NCBI RefSeq assembly: GCF_036321535.1
Contig: NC_087436.1
Coordinates: 105,526,001-105,590,000 of the forward strand
Source: Camelus dromedarius
Lineage: Eukaryota
DNA length: 64,000 nucleotides
Direction: 5' to 3'
The position numbers and the translations under genes were made by a program. The notes below the pieces were generated by a model. The model did no database searches, was not told the DNA's origin, and worked only from the letters and a program-made list of their open reading frames with translations. This document shows positions 12,611-24,160 of the stretch, one piece after another. Every line of letters starts with the position of its first letter. The stretch's first letter is position 1.

Positions 12611-12643
<33 letters not shown>

Positions 12644-12780
12644 GTCTGTCTATGGCAGGCAATGACAAAATCTCCAAGACAGGTACAGATAAGGCTTTTT
12701 GGAAGTTCAGAAGGGGTGACAGATGGAGGATTCTGTGATGGGAGTGGTGTGTCAAAAGCAAAACATAAGCAGAGTACCAG
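12480..12780 (-). mobile_element. L2 3' fragment containing a (TCTG)n(TCTA)n microsatellite (12611-12652)
   Basis: cattctttcaacaaacatttatgaagcacctactctgt...gtccctcaaggagttaataatctagt. Confidence 0.65.
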
Positions 12781-15204
12781 AGGCAGGTAATCAGGGAGTC
12801 TTTATGGGAAGAAGTCAGAGATTCAATTCGACTGGAGTGAATGGTGTAAGAAGACGAGAGAGCAAGTTTCAGTTGGAAAAATTTTCGGGGGTCCCATGCC
12901 CTCAAGTTCTCACTAATCACATTCGATGCCGTGCATTTCTGAGAGAGGCTATTCAGTCACCTATCTTCACGGTTTCTATTTTTTTCTCCCTTCTGTTTTT
13001 CATTACGCAGGTACCTTGATCCCTTTCCACTTCAAATAATTATAAAGATGATTATGGAAATGATAGTAGTGGTGCTAATGATGAGGAGGCAGAAGAGATT
13101 TTGTAAAATTTCCTAATCTACCCAGAAATCCTTCTGCCTCACCCCGAGAAGTCTCCTTGAGATCATCACTCACGAGGTGCTGTGGGCCAATTTCCACTCC
13201 CTGGGAGCCCACACGAGAAAAAGTTCGGCAGATGATGGGCTGCTTTTGCCAATCAGCAGAGTGGGGCTGTTTGGCAATCAGTTTGGAGAACACAGAAGTC
13301 ACAAAACAGCGCACTCAGGCCAGCTCCAAGAGCTGGAGTCCTAGGCTGTTCAGGATGCTTGTTCTTCATTTCAGTTAGGCAGGCGGACCAGCTAAGCACA
13401 TGACACTGTAGCCACCTGGCAGATGAAGTTCAGCAGTAATTCATCGTTTCAGTTGACCACAAATGTCACCCAACAAAGGGTGCCTGCTGCCCAGCCTGTT
13501 ACGTGGAGAGCAATCCACTCTTCTTGTTCTTTGCCTTCTTTACGTTCTGGACTCAGTTCAGCTCCCGGACATATTAGGGAAGGACAGGAAAGCATCTCTG
13601 TTCTGTGAAGACCATGATATGTCTGTATTAGTTTCCTAGAGTGGACACAACCAAGTACCGCTAAGTGGGGACTGAAAACCACAGCAGCTGTCCCTCTCAC
13701 AGTGTTGGAAAGGCATTCAAAGCAGGAGGAACAATGATTGCCAAGGCACTGAGGTGGGAGCGTGCCTAGCCCATGTGATTGGAGCAGAGGGAGTGGAGGT
13801 GAGAGTCCTGGGTCACCCAGTGGTGATCAGGCCCTCACACAGGCACTTATAAGGAGTCAGGAAATTCATTAAGAAAGAGAGAAATTCAGGACTTCAAGGC
13901 CAAGCCTTCTTCTTTTATGCATATCACCTGCTCTGTTGGAATTCCTAAGAATCCTTCCAAACCAGCTTGTGCTCATCTCCCCTGATTCCACCTCCCCCTT
14001 TCTCTTCCATCACCTCCTCCTTACTGCGCATCTGCCCCATCTCCACACAGCACACATCTTACCTCTCTTATGCCAACCCATCCAAGGCACGTATGTCTAG
14101 AAAAGCACCTAGCATGCTGCTTTGCACACAGTAAGCCCTGAGTGATGTTTTCCTTCTTTAGTTCTTAAAATTCTTACCACAATTGTAGGGGTTTTCACTG
14201 CAAATCAAATTGGAGCTGAGTTTTCAGAGAAGACCTAGTTTATGTGCAAAGACATAAAGATGTAATAGAATCCTTTCAAAGAGCTCTCTTGCTAATGCTA
14301 AATCTTAGGGAACAATGCATTCCTGACATTTGCAGATTCCCAGACCAGAGATAGAATATGATCCAGAGGGGAAAGGGGCGAGCAGTTTTATAAGGTTCTT
14401 TGGTCCCATTCTCCTTCCAGATGAAATCTTTATTCATGGGCCAAAAGGAAGGAATTCACATAGAGTAAAAGTAGACTTCATGGATGTCCACAGGGGTATG
14501 TGCCCTGACTTTGTCCAAGCCAAGCCTTAGCTACAGAGAATATACTTGTTCTGTAAAGGAGCTAAGAACTCTAAAGGACTCCAAGGGGGTACAGGGAAGT
14601 TTGTGTATGTTTGTGTGTGTGAGTGTGTGCACATGGAGAGAGAGAGAAGGAGAGGGACTAAGTTCATGTGTTTTGGAGATGGGGGGGTTTGGATCAAGTT
14701 AACATAAGAAAGTTTAACAGGCGTTTGACTGCATAGACAAATACAGAAGCAGTACGTAGAGAATGACATCGTTATATGGAAGGAGATTCTTTGTACGTGC
14801 AACGCTTCAGACAAGGAGAAGGTTTCAGCACCTGCTTTAATCAACCTTACAACTATTTTTATGAAGATTTACACTTACAGAAGTTTGAGTAGTTTTCTCG
14901 AGTTCCTTCCTTTTGCTTATAGTTTGGAATTTTTCCATGTTTTTGGACGCAAATAAATGCAGCTGTTTGCTCTGCAAGAGCTATGGAAAACATATATTTA
15001 TGCTGCATTTGTGATATAGAGAATGTTCAATTGAGACTGAATTTGGCGTCTTGCCTTATGTTTCAACTTTTCTTTTAAATAACAGGACCTTCATTCATGC
15101 AAATAACGCTATTGACTCATCAGCGTGGTACAGCAAAAGAATAGGGGTCTGGGCTGAAAAACCCAATTTCAGTTCTGCTTCACCAGTAATGGGTGATTTT
15201 ATTG

Positions 15205-15490
15205 GGGCAGATTTTATTTTCCAAAGATGGCCTCAAACTTCTCACATTGTGAATACTCTTTTGCAATGTGACCTCGACACTCTCCCATCAAAAGGAAAAG
15301 TCCATGTCCCTTCCTTTAGAATCCAAATGGGCTGTGACTTTCGGACAACCAATGGAATGTGGCGGAGGTGGCCGTACATGACTTCTGAGGCTGAGTCATA
15401 AAAGGCAATGCGGCTTCTGCCTTGTCCACCTGAACACTGGCACTTGGGGCCATGCTGATGTGTAAAACGGTTCACTATCCCATGGCAGCC
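15205..15490 (+). mobile_element. MLT1F/G-like LTR 5' fragment
   Basis: ccaaagatggcc...ttgcaatgtgacctcgacactctcccatcaa...tgacttctgaggctgagtcataaaaggcaatgcggcttctgcctt. Confidence 0.65.
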
Positions 15491-15574
15491 ACACTTCACT
15501 TTAATCCTAATAGACCCTTCTAGGGCTCCCAGTGCTTGTGTGACAAATTCCAACTTCCAAAGTTTGCAGTTTAG

Positions 15575-15686
15575 GCTTGTGGCCAGAGAAGTAAGCAAAA
15601 GATGAACCTGCCCATATGGGTATCAAACTATGACCTTGGCTTCATAGTTAATATGCTCCCAAATCAGCTGAGCTCACCCCACCAGG
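15575..15686 (-). mobile_element. MamSINE1-like ancient tRNA(Ile)-derived SINE relic
   Basis: Reverse complement gggtgagctcagctgatttgggagcatattaactatgaagccaaggtcatagtttgatacccatatgggcagg...tggccaca aligns by eye to tRNA-Ile(AAT) GGTTAGCTCAGTTGGTTAGAGC...GCCAAGGTCGCGGGTTCGATCCCCGTACGGGCC plus a MamSINE1-like tail. Confidence 0.6.
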
Positions 15687-16295
15687 CTGTGAGTTTGCTC
15701 TCTACAAGCCATCTTGAGTGCCGTCAGGGACACTTCTGATAATAGAATCTCTCTCTTTAAACAATTGGTTTATGGATGAAAAAGTCCCAAGTATATAGGA
15801 TGCTGAGTTTAGCAGAATCTGTATGTAAATTGGTATTTTGCTGGTGATCAATCTTGTGCTAAAAATGGAAAATCAATAATAAAAAAAGAAAATCTAAGGG
15901 GAAAAATCAGTTGTAGACATTTTTGGTCCAACGAATTTCCAAGTCCGAGGACACTGCATCTGAGACCAAGGTTATGGTCTGTTTCAATGGAAGGTACGAA
16001 AGCAAACCAGACGACCATCTCATGGACACAGAATAGAGCGGGAGCTCCCAGTGAGAGGAAAGTTCCAAATAGCACTTCTTGGGAAAGGCGTCTTCAGTAT
16101 CTCCTTGAGACCAAGAAGGGGTTCATCACATGTAAACAGCAGTTCCAGGATCTCTCAAGCTGCTGAGTTCACTGAACTGCTGAAGGGACAAAGGTTGACT
16201 TCAACTCCCCACGTTGATTGCAGAAAAAGCAGTGAGCCTAAGGACACTAACATAGCATGAAGAAGAATAAATATGAATAAAGAACACCTCATCTC

Positions 16296-16765
16296 ATATT
16301 ACGCAGACATAAAAAAGAGTGAAATAATGCCATTTGCAGCAACACGGATGGACCTAGAGATTATTATACTAAGTGAAGTGAGTCAGAGAAAGACAAATAT
16401 CATATGATGTCACTTGTATATAGAATCAAAAAAAAAAAAAGATACAAATGTTATTTACAAACCAGAAATAGACTCACGGACATAGATAACGAACTGTGGT
16501 TACCAGAAGGGGAAGTGGGGGGAGGGATCGATTAAGAATTTGAGATTAATAGATACACATTACTATATATAACATAAACAAAAAAGACCTACTGTATAAC
16601 ACAGGGAACTATATTCAATTTCTTGTAATGAGCCATAATGGAAAAGAAACTGAAAAAATATGTGTATGTATGTATGTATATGAATAACTGAATCACTTTG
16701 CTATACATATGAAGCTGACATTGTGAATCAACTACATGTCACTGAAAAATAAGAATTAAAAAAAA
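16296..16765 (+). mobile_element. 5'-truncated L1 (ORF2 end + 3'UTR + polyA) with TSD
   Basis: gaaataatgccatttgcagcaacacggatggacctagagattattatactaagtgaagt...A-tail. TSD aaagaacacctcatctc (16279-16295) / aaagaacaactcatctc (16766-16782), 1 mismatch. Confidence 0.92.
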
Positions 16766-17051
16766 AAAGAACAACTCATCTCAAGGCCTGCAGCTGGACA
16801 GCAATATGGATGGGCACAACATAAAGATATGGACTGCATGGCATGGGATTGGAGGGGCAAATGTGGCTAAGTCAGTAACAGTTCAGACTATCTCTGATTG
16901 AAGTAAAGGGGGCCTTGGCAATGGTTAAGCATTAACTGGGCAGCTGGTAGACCTATACATTCTCCAGCTAGTCCTATACTTTCTCCAGATAATCTATGTA
17001 GACACCTAATTAACTTTGTTATACACAGAGATGGGGAAGTCTCATTGAAAA

Positions 17052-17440
17052 AAAATTGCCCCCCCCCCCAATTCATATGTTGAAGTCCTAACCCCCAGTA
17101 CTTCAGAATGTGGCTTCATTTGGAAATAGGGTCATCACGGCTGTAATTAGTTAAGATAGGGTCACACTGGAGTAGGGTGGGGCCCTAATCCAATATGATT
17201 GGTGTCCTATGAAAAGGAGAATCTGGGACACAGAGACGGACAGGCACAGAAGGAAGACAGCGTGAAAGACCGAGGGAGAAAACGTCCGTCTAAAGCCAGG
17301 GAGAGAAGCCTGCAACACATCCTTCCCTCGTGGCCCTCAGGAAGGACCAGCACAGCCCATTTTGACTTCACACTTCTAGCCTCCAGGACTGTGAGACAAC
17401 AAATCTCTGTCATTCTAACCACTCGGTCTGTGGTCCACTA
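17052..17440 (+). mobile_element. MLT1B-type LTR
   Basis: aattcatatgttgaagtcctaacccccagtacttcagaatgtgg...tttggaaatagggtc...cttctagcctccaggactgtgagacaacaaatctctgt. Confidence 0.85.
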
Positions 17441-17454
17441 ATATCACAGCTTAG

Positions 17455-18185
17455 CACAATAGCAGAGAGCATGGAGCTCAGAGGTTTAGTCCCGGATCCC
17501 CGCTTACCAGCTATGTGACTTCAGTCAAGTCATTGAAAAATTATTTAAAATTCGCAGCTTCCTTTTCTATCAAATGAAGATAATCAGGAGTGATCTTCAA
17601 AATATTTGACAGCCCATCAGGCACCCTGCAGAGGCTGCCAGCCCCACAAGTGGCCACAGGAGAGTGACTACAAGCACATGAGTTCTTAAAAATTCATTCT
17701 AGTCTTGGATGGCTAGACTGGCACCAAGCACTTATCTACTGAGGTTCCAGTACCAGTACCAGCAGCACTGCCAGGTACTGTCCACCCCTCCTGTCTGCCC
17801 CTTCAGCATGCAGTCAGCTCAGAACGGGGGACACATGGGGACGGGAGCCAAGGAGGGGGAAGCACCCAGGGCTTCAGACATGATGGGGGCTCCTTGGCTG
17901 TGCCCACTCGGGTCTCTCTTGGGCTGGCATGTTCGGTGGGGAAGAGGTGTAAGGGTTAGGGATTCATTCCAGGGGAACAGAGCAGCTGTTATTTATCAGC
18001 CTGTACGGAAGTACTTTACAATTTCAACAACCAATCCAGACTTCCTGGCTTTTACCTGCTGAATATCAGGTCTGGGATAATTACAGATAATTACAGAGCT
18101 TTGTGAAGATCAGATGAGATGACACATGTCAAGTGCTTAGCAAAGTGCCTGGCATATGGCAAGTGCTCAATAAATGCTAGTTTAT
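17455..18185 (+). mobile_element. MIR SINE split by a ~490-bp insertion
   Basis: 5' part cttaccagctatgtgacttcagtcaagtca...caaatgaagataat (to 17584). 3' part gtgaagatcagatgagatgacacatgtcaagtgcttagcaaagtgcctggcata (18095-18185). Confidence 0.75.
17585..18074. mobile_element. Probable hAT-family DNA transposon (family uncertain)
   Basis: Imperfect terminal inverted repeats caggagtgatcttca / tgaatatcaggtctg. Degenerate 8-bp TSD aagataat / gggataat, which duplicates the MIR 'gggataat' motif. Confidence 0.5.
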
Positions 18186-21100
18186 GTTAGTTTAGAGAAG
18201 CATGGTATTTAGATAGAGGTGAAGACACGTTTATTAAGCACCTTCTATGGTTTGTTGCATAGCAAGCAATAGAAAACCAGAACTCTGCTCTTCATGAATC
18301 TCAGATATTCTCAGAGCATTGTGAAGGAGCCAGGGCATGGGAAGTGGAAGTTCTGGACTCTGGCCACAGCTCTGTCCCTAACAGGCTCTGTGACCTTGGG
18401 CACAGTGCTTTATCACTCTGTGCCTCTATTTCTTCTCTTGTACAATAAGAGGTCCAGCTACCTAAGATTCCTCATCTTTGGAACACTTTATGGTGCTGCA
18501 ATCTTACTTAGTGATATTAATAGCACCCTCACTAACCTTTTGTACAGAGTTCCACCCAAATGTAACATTCGGCTTAATGTCATGGAGTCATGACCTTCAA
18601 GGTCACCTGGCCACATCTGCTCATGTATTGTTGAGAACACTAAGTCACAGAGAGGTCATGGGAGCCACAGCTCCCATGCTCACTGCTTTAACCCACTGCT
18701 CCCTTTCCAAACGTTTTGTCCAATTACAACTTTCCTTCACCTTGGAAAGCAGTTCTTGCTTCTTCTTTTACAAATGTTCTGGGATTTGATGAGTAAACCT
18801 GCCAACTCAAGCTTTCTGTGTCTTTGTCATCTTCTGTCCACTCCCAGCTTTCCAAATGGCCCTGGTTTTTCTTATTTGTGTTTTTAAATTTTTTCAAGGT
18901 GAAAAAAAACCTTTTTTATTATGGTAAAAAATATATAACACAAAATGTGCCATTTTAACCATTATAAGTGTACCAAATGGATCTAGTTTTCATGGTTCAT
19001 TCCCAGTTCCTGAAGAGGCTGACTGTATGACATCTCATAGTTGAAGAGCCCGGTTCTGGGCAATCTCTCTGTGTTTCTGCAGTGTTCAGCTGCTTGGGGA
19101 ACTCAGTTACTAGACTAAAAGCCTCGATGACAGAGGACCAGGTCTTAGCCTCACTGTCATCCCCACTGCCTTGCTCAGCATATAGGACACGCTCAAGAAA
19201 TGTTTGTCGAGTGAATGAATGACCCTGCGTGTTAAAGGAGATCTTTCTCAAACACCTTATATCACCTTAAGATTATATCACCTTAAGATTATTTTTTCCT
19301 GTCTCAGGGGAACAAACAGTGTTAATAAATGACAACAACTGTGTCACATGTGTGCACGTAAGTGGCGTAAACGTGCCTCTTTCCCCAAAGGTAAGCTACT
19401 CAGTGGAACAGCAGGGTCATGATAAGCTTGTAAATACCCTTGTTGACAGTCTTTCTTTAGAAATCATGTTTACTTGCCACGTTGTGTTCCTGTTAGAGAA
19501 CAAAGAGAAATTTGCCCTTTGGTGACTGAATGAGGTCAAAGCATTATAATCAGTGTTACCAAGGGCTGACAATTTCTGCCCCACAGATATAATACAAGCG
19601 CAGATCACTGCCATCCTTGGAAACATTTGCTCAAATACGCCCACAAACCATGGCTGTGGGCTGCAGGCAAACACCTCTGTCTGCCGCCGGACCAGGTGAG
19701 CCACAGCAGCTCAGGGCCCCACCTCTGTCTGGACATGGAAAGGAATCCCGGCTTCGGTGGAAAGTAAGAACCGGTGCCAGTAATCTTCCTAATGGGAATG
19801 AACGGGCAGTAACACCCTACAGTCTGGCTTTGTCTCTGGGTCGCTGGAATCTCCCGTCTCACTGCAATTGGAAGCTGCAGAGCAAGGCCTGGCTCAGAGA
19901 AGCTATTCCCAAACTGTGAAAGGTTCTCTTTGCTGTCACAGTCATGGCCAGGATGCAGAGGCTGTGACCAACCGGGAGAAGCACATCATTAGATAAATGC
20001 CACGACCTGGTATGAGGGGGGAAGACAGAAAGAAACACCCAGGGCTCCGAAGGACAGCCCAAGGGGCAATAAATATTTGACCAGCCCCGGCCATTTGTGT
20101 GGAATGCTACCTTTTCACCCTCTCTATCAAATTGTTTTCTTGGTTCCTTCCCCACCCCCAGTTCCATGATTCTTCTACTGCACAAGAGGAAAAACGACAT
20201 TTTTGTCGCTTTGCTAGCGAGTTCTGTGCCCGCAGTAGATCCTAGATAATGTTAATTCTCTTCTTTTTCTCTCCCTTTCATTGAAATAAGCCTGCCCATC
20301 TCTACAGGGTAAAAATCATCCCCCTACCCTAAGACAAGCATCAGACAAGAGGACAATGTAGGGGATCCTATTTTAGGCAGTCATCAGACTTTTCTATAGA
20401 AAAAAAAAGCCTTGCAGAGCGACAGGATCAGTCCCTCTGTTGGCCTGTAGGAGAGGCCAGTGGCCCCCAAGTCAGACGTTTCTATTTTCAGCTCCCCAAG
20501 TCCGGAGAGCGGTAACCTCCGCCTGGGTGAGGGCCACGCAGCTCACCCGCCAGCGCCTCGGGCCTGCAGCCTCTCTCTGCATTTCTATTTCCATAAATTT
20601 ACATCAAGTTTGTGCTGAATCATATCCCCCCCACGCAGAAGAAATGAAATACATTATCAATAAGTACAACAAATTTGAATAATCTAAGAGCTGAGTGACT
20701 TCATCTCTTTTCCATTTAACCCTTTCCTTGGACCACAGGCTCACTCTGCTTTTCACATGGGCCAGGGTTGGATTTACCCCCACCCATTCCTGTGCCCAAG
20801 GTTTCCCGCTCTTCTCTCCTCTTATCTGGAGCCCCGTGTCCCGCATCTCCCTCTGTCTCTCCTTTCCTTCCTCTCAGTCTCCAGTTCATCGCCTTTTCCT
20901 CCTGACATCTTGGTCCCCCTTATGGGAACCCTTCTATCAGCAAAAGCAGCTGCCCCACTGCCTCGGCCTCGGCCCCTCCTCCAGTCCCTGCAATGCACCA
21001 GTCAATCACGCCCATGCCTGCGTCCCTTCAGGTTGGTAACCGCAGGTCCCCGGCCTGTCAGGCCATTATCAGCCCCACTCAGTCATTTTGAGCACCTCGG

Positions 21101-22647
21101 TGGAGATTCAGCAGGGGGTGGAACTTCCTTCCACCCCCTGCTGCCTGGCTGATTGGCAGCCAGCAGGGCCAGGGGTCGGGGGCAGCGTGCAACTGATTGT
21201 TTGCTGCTGGGCAGGGAGGGCTTAGTGGGGGCCAAGAAAGGGCCCAGGAGCTCAGGGGGCTAAGAGACAGAGGATGCTCTGAGTCAGGGACCCAGCCAGA
21301 ATCCCCTGTCTGTCTGTCTCATGTCTGACTGCTGGCCCTGGTAGGGAAATGATGGATGAAGCCCTCTGCAGAGTATCCCAGGTAGAGGGAAGAGAGGAGG
21401 CTTATGTTTTACAGAATTGAGGCCAATAGCCCAGAGGACCTCAGGTCTCAGGGCTCTGCAGGTGCCTGACTGCAGTACGCATTGGGACCTGCAGTCCCCT
21501 GCCCCTGGTAAAGTCAAGAACAAAGGAAGGCAGTTAGCAACCAGGTTATGGGCATTACTGTCTAAATGGTCCTCCCTTGACAAGAGCAAGAATTGGGGAC
21601 CTTGGCTTATATAGAGCTAATTAATATATATATTTTGTGTGTATGTGTGTGTGTATCTGTCCCTATTATCTGTCCCTATAACCACAGTCATTAACAATCA
21701 TTTTCTTCCCAGGCTCGTCAGATTGGGTTTCCTAATTCAGGAAAAGAATGGGGATAGGAGTGGCCATGAAAATTGCCCCAGTTGTACATTTCAGAGAAAA
21801 GCCAAGCCAAAAATCTACTGCAATTTTGCTTAGTTTCCTTTAATGAGAACGCTGATATTTTTGCTTGGGCAGCCAGAATCTGAACTGAAAATACTGTCTA
21901 GAGAAGTTGTATCAAAAGCTGGAGGGCTTTCCTGTATGTCTGGGGCTGTTGGGACTTGGCCAAAGTCATCTTGCAAGTCAGTAGAGAACCCACAGTGAGA
22001 GGCTAGGTTTCTAACAGTAAGTTCAAGTCATCCTTTCTTGCCCAGTATCTCCAGAGATTTGTTTTGTTTTGTTTTCATCAGCATCTGCCTGTTCAATTTC
22101 TTAGATTAAGCTATTTTGGAGTTTCCACATCTAAAACCCTCTCCAACTTTTGAAAGTTTAGAGCATTGCTCAAAAGCATCGAAGCACTTTTCTTCTAACT
22201 ATACGTGCATATAAATAAATAACTAGAACTAGCCCTGGGGCTATGAAAATATATGGAAAAATTGGGTCCCTAGAGATTTTTCAGAGTTAAGGGGATGTGA
22301 AAAATAGAGGCTAAAAAGACAATGGGTCAATACTTAGTGCCAGGGTGGCAAATTTCAGATGAGGGCACCGGGTTTTGAATGGATCCCGTGCAAATGGACT
22401 GTGCGATGTAACTTTTAATGTACTGCTTTGATCACTGGTGAGGACAGTCGATGAGTGGTTTTAGTTTTTTCTTTGAAAAAAGTTAACCACAATATAATTA
22501 GCTTTGTATTTGTCAGCCCGGGTTGCTGTTGACGTGGTGTCTGGAGGCCTTCTGGTATAGGTGCCTGAAAGCTTAAACTGCATTTAATTATTATTATTAC
22601 TCAATGTCAGGCTACATAAATGAAAAGAGATAAAAAAGAATTGCTCC

Positions 22648-22755
22648 CAGCTACATTGCCTTGGTTTGTGATTTCATCACATCTCACGAGCTAAGCAGGT
22701 TCGAGCTGGCACTCGGGGCATGAAACCTCTAAGGGAAACCCAGGCAACTGGAGAT
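22648..22755 (+). mobile_element. AmnSINE1-like (5S rRNA-derived) ancient SINE head
   Basis: 22670-22706 gatttcatcacatctcacgagctaagcaggttcgagc matches 5S GATCTCGTCTGATCTCGGAAGCTAAGCAGGGTCGGGC at 28/37 by manual alignment. Flanks ctacattgccttggtttgt and aacctctaagggaaacccagg resemble AmnSINE1 rather than true 5S. Confidence 0.7.
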
Positions 22756-23704
22756 GCCATTTCAACTGAGTTGAAAGTTTCTCCACGTGGTGAGGAGGGT
22801 AGAGGCTTGCCACTCTTTGATTTTCCTCCCCAGTTTTATTTTTAAACACCTTAATAACTGGCTGACTTCAGAGAAGAAAAGCAAATAGGAGCAATAGAGT
22901 CATACAGAGAGTTGTCTTAAAGGTACATGATCTCTAATATGAAGATTCCTTGGCTCCCAACAGCTTGTGTGCTGATGGTCGTACTGCCTGAAATACCAGC
23001 GAAGGCGCCAAAGCTGCAGCAGTACTTGAAAGCCTCAGCTAAATGTGCTATCGGAAAGGGGCCGGCTGCTTTCCCACCTGAATGCTAGCTGAGAGCAAGG
23101 CGCAGACCAGGAGTCGCAGGAAGGCAGATGGACTAAGTTATGCCCACTCTATTAGCCTACAGTCTATTTCATTGACAAGTTGGAACAAAACCAGATGGTT
23201 TGCCAGAGGGCAATATATTGGCAGACAGTACCTTTCTTCTTAGCATGAGACATCGATCGGGCCGTTAGGAACAAGTGTTTGGTGCTGAGTTAACCCTAGA
23301 CATTCAGTTCAGGGATGGCCTTCTTTCCACCCTTTTGGATTACAAAGAATGGAGTAGGTGGCCCAAGTGGTCAGAAGACCAGAAGCCTTAGCTGTATTGT
23401 AGCCCCTTTGTTTTCTCTTGTTCCCTAGAGCATTTGTTTGCAAAACTTGGATGGTAAGGCTTGCAAACCTTCCAGTACAGGGACCGTGGTCTGCAATGTT
23501 GTTGAATGTGTCCAGAATGGGTACGGAATTTGTAGGCAATAGGCACTGAATCAAAGTGCTGCCTACTGTCTCCTTCTCATAGCCCCTGGCCCTCCAGAAT
23601 CTGCTGTAGAATCCTCTTTAGATGAGGACCCAACAGGTCATGGTGCCAGGGCTGCCAGGGAGAGTTCCGGCCATCCAGGCTCCTCAGCAGTGGTGAAACC
23701 ATTT

Positions 23705-24160
23705 ATATCAGTTATCTGTTGATACATAGCAAACCACACCAAACCTCAGTGGCTTAAAACAATGGTTTGTTTAGCCCATGATCTGCAGGTCAGCAAATTG
23801 GGCAAGGTTCAGCCGGGTAGTTCTTCTGCTGAATTCAGCTGGGCTCATGCAGGCATCTGTGGCAGCTGGGGGTCAATGGCTTCACTCGCATATGTGGCAG
23901 CTGGCTGGTTGGTGGCCTTTAGTCCTGCATCATTCAGCAAGATATTCTGGGCTTATTTCTGCGGCGATGATCACAGGTTCCTAAGGGCATAAGCAAGGAT
24001 AAGCCTTACTTCACAGGTCCTTTACAAGCCTTTTGGTTTTGCACATTTGCAAACACTGCATTAGCCAGAGCAAGTCACAGGGCTAAGCTTGGAGTCAAAG
24101 TTACAGACAGAGGCTGGGAAACAGGCAGGGGATTATTGATACCATTCTGCAAACAATCTT
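23705..24160 (-). mobile_element. MLT1F/H-like LTR
   Basis: tatatcagttatctgttg...aaaccacaccaaacctcagtggcttaaaacaa...cattagccagagcaagtcacagggctaagc. Confidence 0.7.

Noticed and set aside
15610..15686. Functional tRNA-Ile gene
   Set aside because: Acceptor stem, anticodon arm and B-box are degenerate; better explained as a SINE head.
22648..22755. 5S rRNA gene
   Set aside because: Only partial, degenerate similarity; box C and both ends are lost; flanks fit a 5S-derived SINE.
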